Shown here in pieces: positions 30,277 to 40,548 of a stretch of 64,000 nucleotides of DNA. Source of the DNA: Armatimonadota bacterium. Its GTDB lineage: Bacteria > Armatimonadota > SYMT01. The notes below the pieces were generated by a model. That model was not told where the DNA came from, ran no database searches, and saw only the letters and a program-made list of their open reading frames with translations. The stretch covers positions 1 to 64,000 of the forward strand of contig JAWLHY010000014.1 of NCBI GenBank assembly GCA_041690135.1, written 5' to 3'. Position 1 is the first letter of the stretch; every line of letters begins with the position of its first letter. A program made the position numbers and the translations under genes.

Positions 30277-31368
30277 TCAGAGCTTGACCACGCGGCCTTC
30301 ATCGGCGGCCTGTCGCGCTTTGAGCACGATCTCTGTGCCCCGGAACACCTCCTCCGGGCGGATCAGGTGCGTCTTCCCGAGGTAGAGCGACTCGAGGAAG
30401 TCGAGGAGCAGCGAGCGCTCCGGTGGGAGCTCGGTGACGGTGCGCGGTTTCTCGGAGCCGGTCATCAGGGTCACGCCCGTGGCCCCCTGATACTCCACGA
30501 TTCCCCGGCTGCCGGCGATCCGCAGGCGGTCGTCGCCGTGAGTCGACGCGGTGGAGGGGCGCAGGTAATCGATCCGGAGCGTGGCGGTGCCGCGGTTCTG
30601 CATCCGGAAGACGACCGCGGCCGTGTTCTCCATCTCTTCGATCGCCGGGTTTGCGACATTGGCGTGGAAGCCGCCGGCCTCCGTGAACTCGCCCCCGCCG
30701 ATCCACCGCATCAGGTCCACCATGTGGATGCCGACGTAAGGAATGATGCCGCCAAGCCGCTCCCGGCGTTTCATCCAGTCCGGGCGGACCCCCAGCTTGT
30801 ACGATTTTTGCGCATCAATGGCGATGACGTCCCCAATGGCCCCGCTCCGGACCACCCTCTCCATCGCCTGGTAGTGCGGGTAGAACCGCATCGGGAGCAG
30901 CATGGTCAGGGGCACGCGATGTTTGGTCACGGTCGCCCGGACCGCCTGGAGCTCATCGAGCGTCCGCGTAAGCGGCTTCTCCGCAACGATCGGCAGCTTT
31001 CGTGCGGCGCACGCCTGTAACACCTCCGCTCGGCCTCCGGTTTCGCCGCACACCGCGACTACATCCAACCGCTCCCGCTCGAGCAGGGGCCGGTAGTTCT
31101 CGTAAAACCGCGCCTGTCGGTAAGCCGGGCTGGTGCGGGCGCGTTGGAGAAGTGGGGGCTTGCCTTCGGCTACGGCCGCTATCACCAGTCCCGGTACGCT
31201 CCGGGCCGCCCCCGTGATCTCGGAGACGTGGCCGTCCAGGCCGATGATTCCCACGCGGATCGAATCCGGCCACCGGGCTCCGGCTCCCGGTTCATCACCC
31301 CGGCAAGCACGGGAAGCAGTCGCCGCCGTCAACACACCCGCCTGCCCGAGGAGGGTCCGCCGGGTCAT
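30277..31368 (-). CDS. Gfo/Idh/MocA family oxidoreductase
   Basis: RVGIIGLDGH, AEKPL, GIHMVD motifs; Tat-like TRRTLL leader. Confidence 0.92.
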   Translation of the reverse strand: MTRRTLLGQAGVLTAATASRACRGDEPGAGARWPDSIRVGIIGLDGHVSEITGAARSVPGLVIAAVAEGKPPLLQRARTSPAYRQARFYENYRPLLERERLDVVAVCGETGGRAEVLQACAARKLPIVAEKPLTRTLDELQAVRATVTKHRVPLTMLLPMRFYPHYQAMERVVRSGAIGDVIAIDAQKSYKLGVRPDWMKRRERLGGIIPYVGIHMVDLMRWIGGGEFTEAGGFHANVANPAIEEMENTAAVVFRMQNRGTATLRIDYLRPSTASTHGDDRLRIAGSRGIVEYQGATGVTLMTGSEKPRTVTELPPERSLLLDFLESLYLGKTHLIRPEEVFRGTEIVLKARQAADEGRVVKL

Positions 31369-31381
31369 TGGGAGTTCCCCT

Positions 31382-31984
31382 TTATCCGCCACTTCCGTCC
31401 CTCCCATCCAGTCGCACCGGCCCTACCGGATGAACCGAAGGGTGGGCCAGCACCTCTTCCAGGGCCTCCAGGTACCCGTCGCCCAGGGTTACCCGCGTGA
31501 TCTCGGCGAGCCGGAACCGCTCCGTCTCCACCCACCGGCCCTGGGGATCAACCTCCCGGAGGGACACCCGGCTGCGGGTCAACTTCCGGACCTCCCCCAC
31601 GTAGCCGCAATCCGGCCGCCGGCCCTCGCACGCCAGCCACACCAGGGGATAGCTTTCCCGCGCGCTCGCCAGCAAGGTGGCCCAGTCCGTGAGGTCCAGC
31701 CGCTCCGGCCGCACGGGCGTCCGTCCCAGCAGCTTCAGCGCCCGGGGAATGAACGACCGGGGCGCCGAGACGGCCCGCAGGTCTTTCAGCCGCACCGCCG
31801 TGTAGCCGTTTAAGGTGAGCGTGTGGCCGTCCACCACGTGCAGCAGCACGCGCCTGTCGCTCACACCGACGACGAACCCTTCCAGCAGGTGCGCGTCCAG
31901 CGGCCGCCGGTCCAGGCTCACGTATTTTTCTCGCTCCATCAGTCGTTCCAGGACCTTCCGGAGCTTGCGCTTGGATTTCTTCAT
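31382..31984 (-). CDS. Hypothetical protein
   Basis: About 200-aa ORF with coding-like codon bias; two similar small beta-rich halves. Confidence 0.75.
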   Translation of the reverse strand: MKKSKRKLRKVLERLMEREKYVSLDRRPLDAHLLEGFVVGVSDRRVLLHVVDGHTLTLNGYTAVRLKDLRAVSAPRSFIPRALKLLGRTPVRPERLDLTDWATLLASARESYPLVWLACEGRRPDCGYVGEVRKLTRSRVSLREVDPQGRWVETERFRLAEITRVTLGDGYLEALEEVLAHPSVHPVGPVRLDGRDGSGG

Positions 31985-32065
31985 CGTCAGGGTACCCGTA
32001 ACCAATCGCCTGTGTGTTTCTACCGTTAGCCCCCAGGGGCGATGGAAGCCCGTGATCGCCTTTCT

Positions 32066-32114
32066 ACGGATTGAAATCCGTGGCTGACTGACCGAAGTCC
32101 GCCGTCACGGACTC
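32066..32114. repeat. REP-like element (empty site)
   Basis: ACGGATTGAAATCCGTGGCTGACTGACCGAAGTCCGCCGTCACGGACT; homologous to 49467 and 49566. Confidence 0.85.
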
Positions 32115-32232
32115 GGAACGGGCCGAACTCAGAGGTGCGTCTTTTGGTTAATCTCCATACCCCTGTCCCCACCGGGGGCCGAATCAGTCAACTCCTGGCC
32201 ACCGAGATGGCTTCCATGCTCATCCTTCATCC

Positions 32233-34896
32233 TTACCACGGGATGCCGGTCGCCGCGTTTCCGAGCCGGCTGAGCGCCCGGATCACCGCCACGCGGACGC
32301 GCGGGTCGGGGTCTTTCAGGAGGCGCTGGAGCCGGGGCGCCGCCTCTGGCCCGGCCAGTTCTCCGAGCGCGAAGACCGCCAGCCGGCGAACGCGGGGGTC
32401 CGGGTCGTCCAGGGCTGTTTCCAGGGCGGCGCGTGCGGGCTCTCCCAGGCGGACCAGTCCCCCGGCGGCCTCGCGGCGTACCGGTCCACACGGGTCGTGG
32501 AGGGCGGCGAGGAGCGGGGTTACCGCCTCGGGGCTGCCGGTGGCGCCCAGCGCCCGGGCGGCGAGCTGGCGGAGAGCGCGCTCCGGGCGGGATAGCTCCC
32601 CGGCCAGCACCTCGGCCACTTCCTCGGTAGCGGTAGTGGTGAGGGCCTTCAGGAGAAAGCGCCGGGTCTCGGGATCGGCTTCCGGAAGGCGGCGGGCGAG
32701 GGGCACGGCGGCTCGCGGGTTGCCGATCCGTCCCAGCGCGCCGGCGGCGAGGCGGACCAGGATAACCTGCGGGTCGTCGAGCGCCCGGATCAGCGGCTCC
32801 GTCGCACGGGGGTCGCCGATTTTTCCCAGGGCGACGGCCGCGGCTTCCCGTGCGGGAAGATACGGCGCCGCGAGGGCTTCCAGAAGCGCCGGCACGGCCC
32901 GGCGGTCGGGCAACTTGCCCAATGCCTCGGCAGCGAACTGGACCGTCCCGAGATCGTCATTGCAGACCGAACGGTGCAGCTCCTCGATGAGGGCCGGTAC
33001 GGTCGCCGGGTCCCGGAGTTCTCCCAGGGCCCAGGCCGCATAACAGCGAGCCTCCGCGTCATCCCGCAGCGCCTGCAGGAGCGGCCCCACGGCGCGGGGG
33101 TCGCCGATCCGTCCGAGCGCCTGGGCCGCGGTGAAGCGGCGCCGCTTGCTCTGGTCCTCGAGCAGGGTGACCAACCCCTCGACCACGCTGGGGTCCGGGG
33201 ACTGGTAGACGTGATGGACGACCGTACACCGGACCCACGGGTCGTCGTCCCGCAGCAGCGGCAGCAGGAGGGGCGCGCACGCTTCCCCCTGCAGCCGGGC
33301 CATGGCGAGGACCGCCGCCAGGCGCACCCAGGCATCCGGATCGCGGAGAAGGGACGCCACGGCCTCCCCGGTGCTCCGGTCGCCGAGCCGCCCCAGGGCT
33401 TCCACTGCTTCCCGCCGGACCCGGGTCTCCGGGTCTTGCAGCAAGCGGACCAGGCCCTCCACGGCCCTCGCGCAGCTGGCTTCTCCCATCGCACGGGCGG
33501 TGGAGGCCCGCACGCCGGCATCGGGATCGTGGAGAAGCGGCAGGCCGGCCTCCGCCGCGTCCCCGCCGTCGATCCGGAACGCGCCCGTAACCGCCCACCG
33601 GCGCACCTCCGGCTCCGGGTCTTCCAGCGCCTGGAGGAGCGGGGCCAGCGCTTCCGGCTCCCGTCCCTCGGCCAGGCCGCGCGCGCCGGCAACCCGCGCC
33701 CGGGGCTCCTCCGACCGCAGGGCCGCAGTCCACGCCTCGCGCGCTCCGGCTCCCCGGATCCGGCACACCTCCTCCAGCAGTCGCTCCAGGTCGCCGTGGA
33801 CCGCCGGAAGCGCGGCCACGATCGCCGGGATCGCCCGCGGGTCCCTGATCCGTCCGAGCGCGAACACCGCCGCCTCTCGCACGCGCGGCTCCGGATCCCG
33901 GGTCACCGGCAGGAGCGGCTCCACCGCCCCCGGGTCCCGGAGGTATCCCAGGACCTCCGCCGCCCACCCCCGCGTGATCGCGTCGGGATCGGAGAGGGCC
34001 GCGGCGATCGCCGGCAGCGCCCACGGTTTCGCCCGGTAAACCAGCGCCCGGAAGCAGGCGCGCCGGACCACCGGCTCCGGGTCGGCGGCCCCGCGTTCCA
34101 GCAGGGCCTCCTGCACCGCGCGGTCCTCCTGCCAGCCCAGGGCCTCCGCGGCATCCCAGCGGACCCCCCGGTCGGGGTCATGCAGCGCCGCCAGCAGGAA
34201 TTCGGTCGTCGTGGGGCTGCAGAACCAACCGAGTGCCCGGGTCGCGGCGCGCCGCCGGGTGGGATCGGGCTCGCGCAGGACCCCCACGAGGACGGGGACC
34301 GCCACGGCCACTCCCAGCTTCTGCAGCGCCTCCGCCGCTTCCGCGCGGAACTCCCCTCCCGGACGCACCAGCACGCCGGCCAGCGCCTCCGCGGCGCGGG
34401 GGTCGCGGAGGCAAGCCAGCGCCCGGCATGCCGCCCCGACCGGCACGGCCTGGCCCGCTACGAGAGCTCGGATCAGCGGCTCCACGGCCCGCGGGTCGCC
34501 GAGCCTCCCCAGCGCTTCCGCCGCGCGTTCCCGCACCCGGTCTTTCCGCGCCGAAAGCGCCGCCAGCAGCGGCTCGACCGCGGCCGTCCCGATCCGCACC
34601 AGCGCCTGGGAGGCCCGGTTCGCCGTCAACGGCTCCGGGTCTCCCAGCGTCTCCACCAGCGCCGGAATCGCCCGCGGATCACCGATCCGGCCCAACACCC
34701 GGGAGGCATAGCCGCGGACCACCGGGTCTTCGTGCTTCAGCGCGACGCAGAGCGCCTCCACCGCTTCCGCGCCCAGGTCGCAGAGCCGGGTCACCGCCTC
34801 GCGCCGCTCCGGCTCCTCCCGGCCCAGCTCTTCGATCCAGTGTCGGATGCTCACCCTCTCCTCCACTTTCCGACTCACGACGGTACGGGACCCCAC
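32233..34896 (-). CDS. HEAT/PBS-lyase repeat protein
   Basis: More than 20 repeats of VR..AA.ALG.IGDPRA...L..AL.D; true start may be GTG 34854. Confidence 0.92.
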   Translation of the reverse strand: MGSRTVVSRKVEERVSIRHWIEELGREEPERREAVTRLCDLGAEAVEALCVALKHEDPVVRGYASRVLGRIGDPRAIPALVETLGDPEPLTANRASQALVRIGTAAVEPLLAALSARKDRVRERAAEALGRLGDPRAVEPLIRALVAGQAVPVGAACRALACLRDPRAAEALAGVLVRPGGEFRAEAAEALQKLGVAVAVPVLVGVLREPDPTRRRAATRALGWFCSPTTTEFLLAALHDPDRGVRWDAAEALGWQEDRAVQEALLERGAADPEPVVRRACFRALVYRAKPWALPAIAAALSDPDAITRGWAAEVLGYLRDPGAVEPLLPVTRDPEPRVREAAVFALGRIRDPRAIPAIVAALPAVHGDLERLLEEVCRIRGAGAREAWTAALRSEEPRARVAGARGLAEGREPEALAPLLQALEDPEPEVRRWAVTGAFRIDGGDAAEAGLPLLHDPDAGVRASTARAMGEASCARAVEGLVRLLQDPETRVRREAVEALGRLGDRSTGEAVASLLRDPDAWVRLAAVLAMARLQGEACAPLLLPLLRDDDPWVRCTVVHHVYQSPDPSVVEGLVTLLEDQSKRRRFTAAQALGRIGDPRAVGPLLQALRDDAEARCYAAWALGELRDPATVPALIEELHRSVCNDDLGTVQFAAEALGKLPDRRAVPALLEALAAPYLPAREAAAVALGKIGDPRATEPLIRALDDPQVILVRLAAGALGRIGNPRAAVPLARRLPEADPETRRFLLKALTTTATEEVAEVLAGELSRPERALRQLAARALGATGSPEAVTPLLAALHDPCGPVRREAAGGLVRLGEPARAALETALDDPDPRVRRLAVFALGELAGPEAAPRLQRLLKDPDPRVRVAVIRALSRLGNAATGIPW

Positions 34897-35018
34897 TCCG
34901 GGAAGTAACGACCCGGCGACTACTCTTTGGAAGACGGGATCTCCGAGGGCGGAGTTGCGCCGACTTGCCCCTCTCCGGCTATAAAGACGTGATGCTTCCC
35001 GGCCCGACTCACGATCCC

Positions 35019-35720
35019 ATGACCGAACCCAGCAGCGCGCTCGCCCAGTCCGGTTTTGCCCTCATCCCCGCGGCGGTGGACGCCGATACCGTGCAGCGCC
35101 TGCTGCATGCCCTGGAGCGCGTGCCGCCCGAGGTGTGGCTGCGCCGCGAGGAGCGCCAGGGGTACGCCCTGCGCAACCTGCTTGCTCACGCCCCCAAGGT
35201 GGCGGAGTGGGCGGCCTCCGGGGAAGTCCGCGCCTGGGTTGAGGCGGTGCTCGGCCCCGCGGCGTTCCCGGTCCAGTCGCTGCTGTTCGACAAGCACCCA
35301 GAGGCCAACTGGAAGGTCCGCTGGCACCAGGACGTGATGATCCCGGTCCGCGAGCGGCGGGAAACGCCGGGCTTCCGTTCCTGGTCCGTCAAGGCCGGCC
35401 AGGTCTACGTCCAGCCGCCCGCCGCGGTCCTGGAGCGGATGCTGATCCTGCGGCTGCATCTCGACGACTGCCCCGCCGAGAACGGCGCCCTGCGGGTGAT
35501 CCCGGGCTCTCACGCCCGCGGCCGGCTGGACACGGAGGCGGTGCAGGAGTGGCGCGCGCGGGTTCCGGAGGTCACCTGCGCCCTGCCCGCCGGCGGTCTC
35601 CTGCTGATGCGGCCGCTCCTGCTCCACGCTTCGGCGCCGGCGGTCCGGCCCGGTCACCGGCGCGTGATCCACCTCGAGTTCGCCGCCGACCCCCTTCCCG
35701 GCGGTCTTCAATGGCCATAG
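35019..35720 (+). CDS. Phytanoyl-CoA dioxygenase (PhyH) family Fe(II)/2OG oxygenase
   Basis: FDK..ANWKV.WHQD, RLHLDD, GALRVIPGSH, LLHAS, RRVIHLEF. Confidence 0.92.
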   Translation: MTEPSSALAQSGFALIPAAVDADTVQRLLHALERVPPEVWLRREERQGYALRNLLAHAPKVAEWAASGEVRAWVEAVLGPAAFPVQSLLFDKHPEANWKVRWHQDVMIPVRERRETPGFRSWSVKAGQVYVQPPAAVLERMLILRLHLDDCPAENGALRVIPGSHARGRLDTEAVQEWRARVPEVTCALPAGGLLLMRPLLLHASAPAVRPGHRRVIHLEFAADPLPGGLQWP

Positions 35721-35895
35721 GGGCCACGGGTTAGCGGCGATGGATCCTAACCCCGCACCCTGGGCCATCCCGAATTGAGGATCGAAGAAGGTCCTCCCGC
35801 CCCCGCCCTGGAAACGGACACCAGACCTTCGCCTTCAGCCTGACTCCGCCGGGGAGGGTGGGCGACCCCTATGCAACACGGAGCACGTATCGCGT

Positions 35896-37317
35896 ATGCG
35901 ACGTCTTTCGCTCTCGGCCCTGATCTCGCTCTTGCTCATCATGACCCTCGCGTCGATGGGGGTGGATGCCCACGAGATCACCCTGGAGACGAAACGGGTT
36001 ACGCTGGGGGAAGCGGTCGAGGAGCTGCAAAAACAGACGGGGTTCGAGTACCGGGTCGCGGTCCCCAAGGAGATCGAACAGGCCCGGCGCGAACTTCAGT
36101 GGCGGCGGGCGCCGCTTTCCCGCGCGCTGAACGAGCTCTCCGAAGCATTCGGCTGCGACATCTTCAGCGTCGACTCCAGCGGCTTCTTCATCATCCCGGC
36201 GCAAAAGGTGGAGAAGAAGGAACTACCGGTCGGCCCCTACCGCCTGCGCGCCGCGCCGCTGGTGCCGCTCAATGAAGAGGGGCAGGTGCAGTTGACCCTC
36301 GTCTTCGCCGCGCCGGACGACGAGCGGATGGAAGCCGTGGCCGGCCTGGCGGGCGACCTGCGGGTGCTCGACTCGTTCGGCCGTTCCCTGCTGCCCCCCA
36401 ACCCGATGGGCATCCGTCGCACCACCGCCTCCCGGGTGCGGCTCACGGAGTACTGGCACCGCCTGCAGATCCCCCTGCGGGACGGTCGCGCCGCCCGGCT
36501 GCGCTCCGTCAGCGGCTCCCTGCTGCTCTACCGGAGAGTGGTGCCGCTCCGGTTCGAATTCCCGGTCGCGGGACCCCCGGACGCGGTTCGCCCGCAGCCG
36601 CTCAAACAGGAAGGGGTCGAAACCCGGCTCGAAAAATGGTCGGGCGAGGGGCGGGAGTTTGCCGCCACGACTCTACTGTCCTGGCAGGAGTCCGACACGC
36701 GAGAGCTCGTCGGCCGTGGCATCAGCCGGACACCTCAACCTTATTTGATCGATGCGGGCGGGCGCGTCTACCGCGATTTCCGGGTGAACCGGGTCCGCCG
36801 TCAGGAGGTGGAAGGCCGGATGGTACAGGAGCAGTCGGTCCGCTTCGAGGGCGTGGAGGCCCCACCGGCTCGTCTCGTTTACGAGCTGTTCCTGCGGGAG
36901 GACCCCTCCGCCACCCTCCCGTTCCGGCTGACGGACCTGTCGCTCCCGAACGCCGCCACCACGCCCTTCAAACCGGAGCTGCGACCGTTTTTTGTCGAAC
37001 CGGGCGGGGGCCTGGTCTTCCAGGTCCGCGACCGCAACGGAAAGCCGTTGGAAGGGGAAGTGGCCCTGGCCCTCTCCCGGCGGGAAGAGGAGGGTTGGTC
37101 CGGCTGGCGCTGGTTCGAAACAGTCACCACCGCCGACGGCACGCTGCGGATCGAGAACCTCCGCCCCGGCACCTACCGGGTGCGCCGGCTCTTCCGCTTC
37201 GAGCCATCGCGTCCTCCGGTCGCGCCCGTGGGAACCACCCTGACCGTTACGGTGGAGGCGCGCAAAGAAGCGGCGCTTCCCACTCTGCAGCTCCCGGTGG
37301 CCACGCCCGAGCCCTGA
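35896..37317 (+). CDS. Secreted protein with N-terminal STN-like and C-terminal carboxypeptidase-regulatory-like domains
   Basis: Signal peptide; TLGEAVEELQKQTG; VRDRNGKPLEG...TTADG..RIENLRPGTYRV. Confidence 0.8.
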   Translation: MRRLSLSALISLLLIMTLASMGVDAHEITLETKRVTLGEAVEELQKQTGFEYRVAVPKEIEQARRELQWRRAPLSRALNELSEAFGCDIFSVDSSGFFIIPAQKVEKKELPVGPYRLRAAPLVPLNEEGQVQLTLVFAAPDDERMEAVAGLAGDLRVLDSFGRSLLPPNPMGIRRTTASRVRLTEYWHRLQIPLRDGRAARLRSVSGSLLLYRRVVPLRFEFPVAGPPDAVRPQPLKQEGVETRLEKWSGEGREFAATTLLSWQESDTRELVGRGISRTPQPYLIDAGGRVYRDFRVNRVRRQEVEGRMVQEQSVRFEGVEAPPARLVYELFLREDPSATLPFRLTDLSLPNAATTPFKPELRPFFVEPGGGLVFQVRDRNGKPLEGEVALALSRREEEGWSGWRWFETVTTADGTLRIENLRPGTYRVRRLFRFEPSRPPVAPVGTTLTVTVEARKEAALPTLQLPVATPEP

Positions 37318-37440
37318 AAGATCCGAGGGAACCTGCGACGCCTCAAAAGGGTCCGTAGGATTGGACGAACACCGCGATGGGTAGATTCGTTCGTTCCCGC
37401 CGGCACCGAGCAGATTCCGGCGGTGGGGAGAACTACGAAA

Positions 37441-37785
37441 ATGATGAAAACACGCTTTCTCACCGGCTCTCTGGCGGCGGTCATCCTGGCGGGCGGTCTC
37501 AGCTTTGCACCGCTAAGCGCCGCGCACGCCGCCAGCGGCCGGGAGAATCTTTATCGTATAGGCACTTACGTCGGAACGGCCGGGACCATCTACGCCCTCG
37601 CCAAGGGTGAAGATACCTGGGCCCTCGTCGGCGGCGCCGCCACGCTCCTTTCCTACTCGCAGTGGCGGAAGGAAATGAAGGGCCGGCACAAGGACGAGAG
37701 GGCGGCTTATCGCCGGTACCGCACCAATTGGCTGAAGAAGCACAAGGGCAAGCGGATCGTCCGGGTGAACGGTCGCCGTCGTTAG
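37441..37785 (+). CDS. Small secreted basic protein
   Basis: GGGAG RBS; AHA signal-peptidase site. Confidence 0.75.
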   Translation: MMKTRFLTGSLAAVILAGGLSFAPLSAAHAASGRENLYRIGTYVGTAGTIYALAKGEDTWALVGGAATLLSYSQWRKEMKGRHKDERAAYRRYRTNWLKKHKGKRIVRVNGRRR

Positions 37786-37862
37786 GAACGGACCGCCGGC
37801 TCCACGCCGCAGGTTTCTTACACCCTCCCGCCGGGAACGTAACCGGCGAGGAGGGTTGTTTT

Positions 37863-38162
37863 ATGGCACGTGACGTTTACTATCCGGCAGCGGTGGACGA
37901 GGAGACTCCCACTGCGCCGCTGCTCTTTGTCAGCCACACCGGCTTTCTCCGGGCCACCGGCGAGGAACTCCGGTCCCCGGATCCCCAGGAGCGCATTGAG
38001 CGCCTGCGCCGCGGACTGGGCAAGCTCGACAACGATTTTCCGCAATGGCTGGAAGCGATCGAGTCCGAAACCGCGGACGGCTTGGTGCTCCGTTTCCGCG
38101 ACATCGACGCGCTGCGCAACGTGGAAGTGGTAATGCGCAACCACGGGATGCACCGTCGTTAG
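37863..38162 (+). CDS. Hypothetical protein
   Basis: GAGGAGG RBS; 99-aa ORF. Confidence 0.7.
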   Translation: MARDVYYPAAVDEETPTAPLLFVSHTGFLRATGEELRSPDPQERIERLRRGLGKLDNDFPQWLEAIESETADGLVLRFRDIDALRNVEVVMRNHGMHRR

Positions 38163-38260
38163 TATTTTTTTCGAGTCCTCGCCAATACCCGGCGGCGCTG
38201 GTCAACTAAATTCATGACCGGCGCCGCCGCTTGCCGTTTCCGGCGTTGCCGCGCTCTGTA

Positions 38261-38683
38261 ATGTCTCACCAACGCGAGGACCCGATGGGCTGCCTGCACC
38301 CCGTCAAACCTGAATTCCCGGCCGGGATTCCCCTGGCTCGACCTTCTCACGATCTGGGTGCGTTGCTGCACCTGGTGGAAGGTGACTTGGAGCTGCTCCG
38401 CGACATGGTGCGCCTCTATCTCGACCTGGAACCGGAGGCGCTGCGGGACCTGGGAGGCGCGTTGCGCGATCGGAACGGGGAAGCCGTCGCCCGGCAGGCG
38501 CATGCGCTCAAGAGCGCCCTCAGCACCCTGCACGCTTCCGCGGGGGTCCGCGCCGTCGTCGAGCTGGAGAAGCACGTCCGTTCCGGCCGGATCGATTACG
38601 CGGAGCAGACCTGGAAACGCCTGGTGCGGGAGCTTTCGGGCCTCCGTCAGGAACTCGAGCCCCTCATTCGCACCCAGGCCTGA
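38261..38683 (+). CDS. Hpt (histidine phosphotransfer) domain protein
   Basis: VEGDLELLRDMVRLYL...ARQAHALKSA signature. Confidence 0.88.
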   Translation: MSHQREDPMGCLHPVKPEFPAGIPLARPSHDLGALLHLVEGDLELLRDMVRLYLDLEPEALRDLGGALRDRNGEAVARQAHALKSALSTLHASAGVRAVVELEKHVRSGRIDYAEQTWKRLVRELSGLRQELEPLIRTQA

Positions 38684-38812
38684 TCCAGACAACAAACCCC
38701 CACTAAAGGTTTAGAGGCAACGGGTCATTCGGGTAGAACCTCCCGTGGTGGGGTGAATGACCGCTTACCAGGCGGCCAGGGCCAACTTTCCCCCACCGGT
38801 GGAGAGACGGCC

Positions 38813-39055
38813 ATGCTCGAACCGCGTGATATTCCCGCCCCCGACTACGAGAATCAGTTTGTCCTGCTTTCGGTTGCCGATGCTATCGCCAAGGCGGAAG
38901 CCGGTCGTTACGCCGATGGCTTTGCCTGCCTGCAGGCCGGCCTGGAACGCGCCTACGAGCATGTGCGGGCGGGCGAACCCTGGGGTGCCGCGCTGGTGGA
39001 ACGCTGGGAGCGCTCGCTGGAGAACTTCTGCCGCACCTATCCGGTTCTCGCCTGA
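38813..39055 (+). CDS. Small hypothetical protein
   Basis: GGAG RBS; helical 80-aa ORF. Confidence 0.6.
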   Translation: MLEPRDIPAPDYENQFVLLSVADAIAKAEAGRYADGFACLQAGLERAYEHVRAGEPWGAALVERWERSLENFCRTYPVLA

Positions 39056-39264
39056 TCCGGTGGCAGAACGCGTGGCTTGAAGCCTTTGAAAAACTCCGGG
39101 CGGACCGGTTTGTGAAGGAGCGGTCCCGGGTAAGATCCAGCAGCCGGACATCTCCTCGCACGGGGAGGTGCAGTCCCACACCGGGCCTCCGGCGTTATGG
39201 ACAGGGAAGCCGAAGGGGCACGCAAGTGCCCCTTCACCATTTTCTGATCGGATTCCCCTCGGGT

Positions 39265-40137
39265 TCAACGCTTCAGAAAAGCCAGGAGAGCGCAGTTGAC
39301 CTCCTCGGGAGCCTCATTCTGCACCCAGTGCCCGACGCTCGGAATGCGGTGGACGTGGATCCGAGGCACCACCTGCTCCAGCCCATCCAGCAGGCGCAGG
39401 TCGAGCGCCGGGTCCCGCTCCCCCCAGAGCACCAGCGTCTCCGCCTCCACCTGCGCACTGCGGGCGAGCTCCAACCCTCCGGGAGACAGCAACGCCGCCC
39501 GGTAGTAGTTCAAGGCCGCCGTCAGCGCGCCCGGTTGGGCCAGCGCCCGCACGTACTGCTCGATGTCTTCTTCGGAAAAGGCGTTGGAACGGGCGGATGC
39601 CCTCCGGAACATCTCGCGCACGGCGCGGAAGTCGCGTGCCGCCAGCACCCGCTCCGGGACGCGCGGCAGCAGGAAGAAGAGCACGTACCAGCTCCGGAAC
39701 ATCTGCGGAGAACGCCAGACTTTGTCCAGGTAGAGCCGCACGTGCGGGGCGTTGAAGATGACGAGCCGCTCCAACAGCTCGGGGTGCGCGCCGGCGAAGG
39801 TCCACGCGATGATCCCGCCCCAGTCGTGCCCGCCGAGGTGAGCCCGGGGATAACCGGTCGCGCGGACCACGCAGGCGACGTCCTCCACGAGATATCGCAG
39901 GTGGTAGGCTTCCCGCCCGACCGGGCGCTCCGAAAGGTGGTAGCCGCGCAGGTCCGGCATCCAAACGGAATAACCCGCCGTGACCAGCGGTGCCACCTGC
40001 CGCCTCCACGAGATCCAGTGCTCAGGGAAACCATGGAGCAAGATCACCGGCGGGCCTTCGCCGGCCCGGGCCACATGGAGCTCGATCCTATCACCTCGAA
40101 TTCTTTCGTGCTGTATTCCAGCCTCCAGATCCGCCAT
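39265..40137 (-). CDS. Alpha/beta hydrolase, epoxide hydrolase family
   Basis: LLHGFPE, PDLRGY, GHDWGG, WGERD, GHWVQNE. Confidence 0.94.
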   Translation of the reverse strand: MADLEAGIQHERIRGDRIELHVARAGEGPPVILLHGFPEHWISWRRQVAPLVTAGYSVWMPDLRGYHLSERPVGREAYHLRYLVEDVACVVRATGYPRAHLGGHDWGGIIAWTFAGAHPELLERLVIFNAPHVRLYLDKVWRSPQMFRSWYVLFFLLPRVPERVLAARDFRAVREMFRRASARSNAFSEEDIEQYVRALAQPGALTAALNYYRAALLSPGGLELARSAQVEAETLVLWGERDPALDLRLLDGLEQVVPRIHVHRIPSVGHWVQNEAPEEVNCALLAFLKR

Positions 40138-40190
40138 GGGTTTACCAATCCTGTTCAAGAAGGCTCGCAGCACTCCCCAGGAAGGAGCGA

Positions 40191-40427
40191 ATGGCGATGA
40201 GCGCACGACGTGCCTGGACCTACGCCGCCGGGTTGTTTTCGGTCATCACCCTCATTACAGGATGCACGCTTCCGTTCCTGAAGTGGCATCCGCAGGCTTC
40301 TTTTGATGTGCTCGGCGTGGGTTGGCTCTTGACGAATTCTCCGAACCTGTTTCTCTGGGTGCTGTGTCTGTTCATGGCGGTCCTCGCTCTCTACTGCTGG
40401 GTCCGCACGGCGCTGGCGGAGGGATAG
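40191..40427 (+). CDS. Small two-TM membrane protein
   Basis: AAGGAG RBS; two hydrophobic segments. Confidence 0.6.
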   Translation: MAMSARRAWTYAAGLFSVITLITGCTLPFLKWHPQASFDVLGVGWLLTNSPNLFLWVLCLFMAVLALYCWVRTALAEG

Positions 40428-40548
40428 GGGCGCCGCAGTCGCGACACCGCCAGTGCCGCCACGACACTCTGGAAGGCAGGGCAGTGGAGTGCCCTCGGTG
40501 AATGTACGGGGACGCTGCTTCACCTATTCCCTTTCCCGGAGGTCGTTC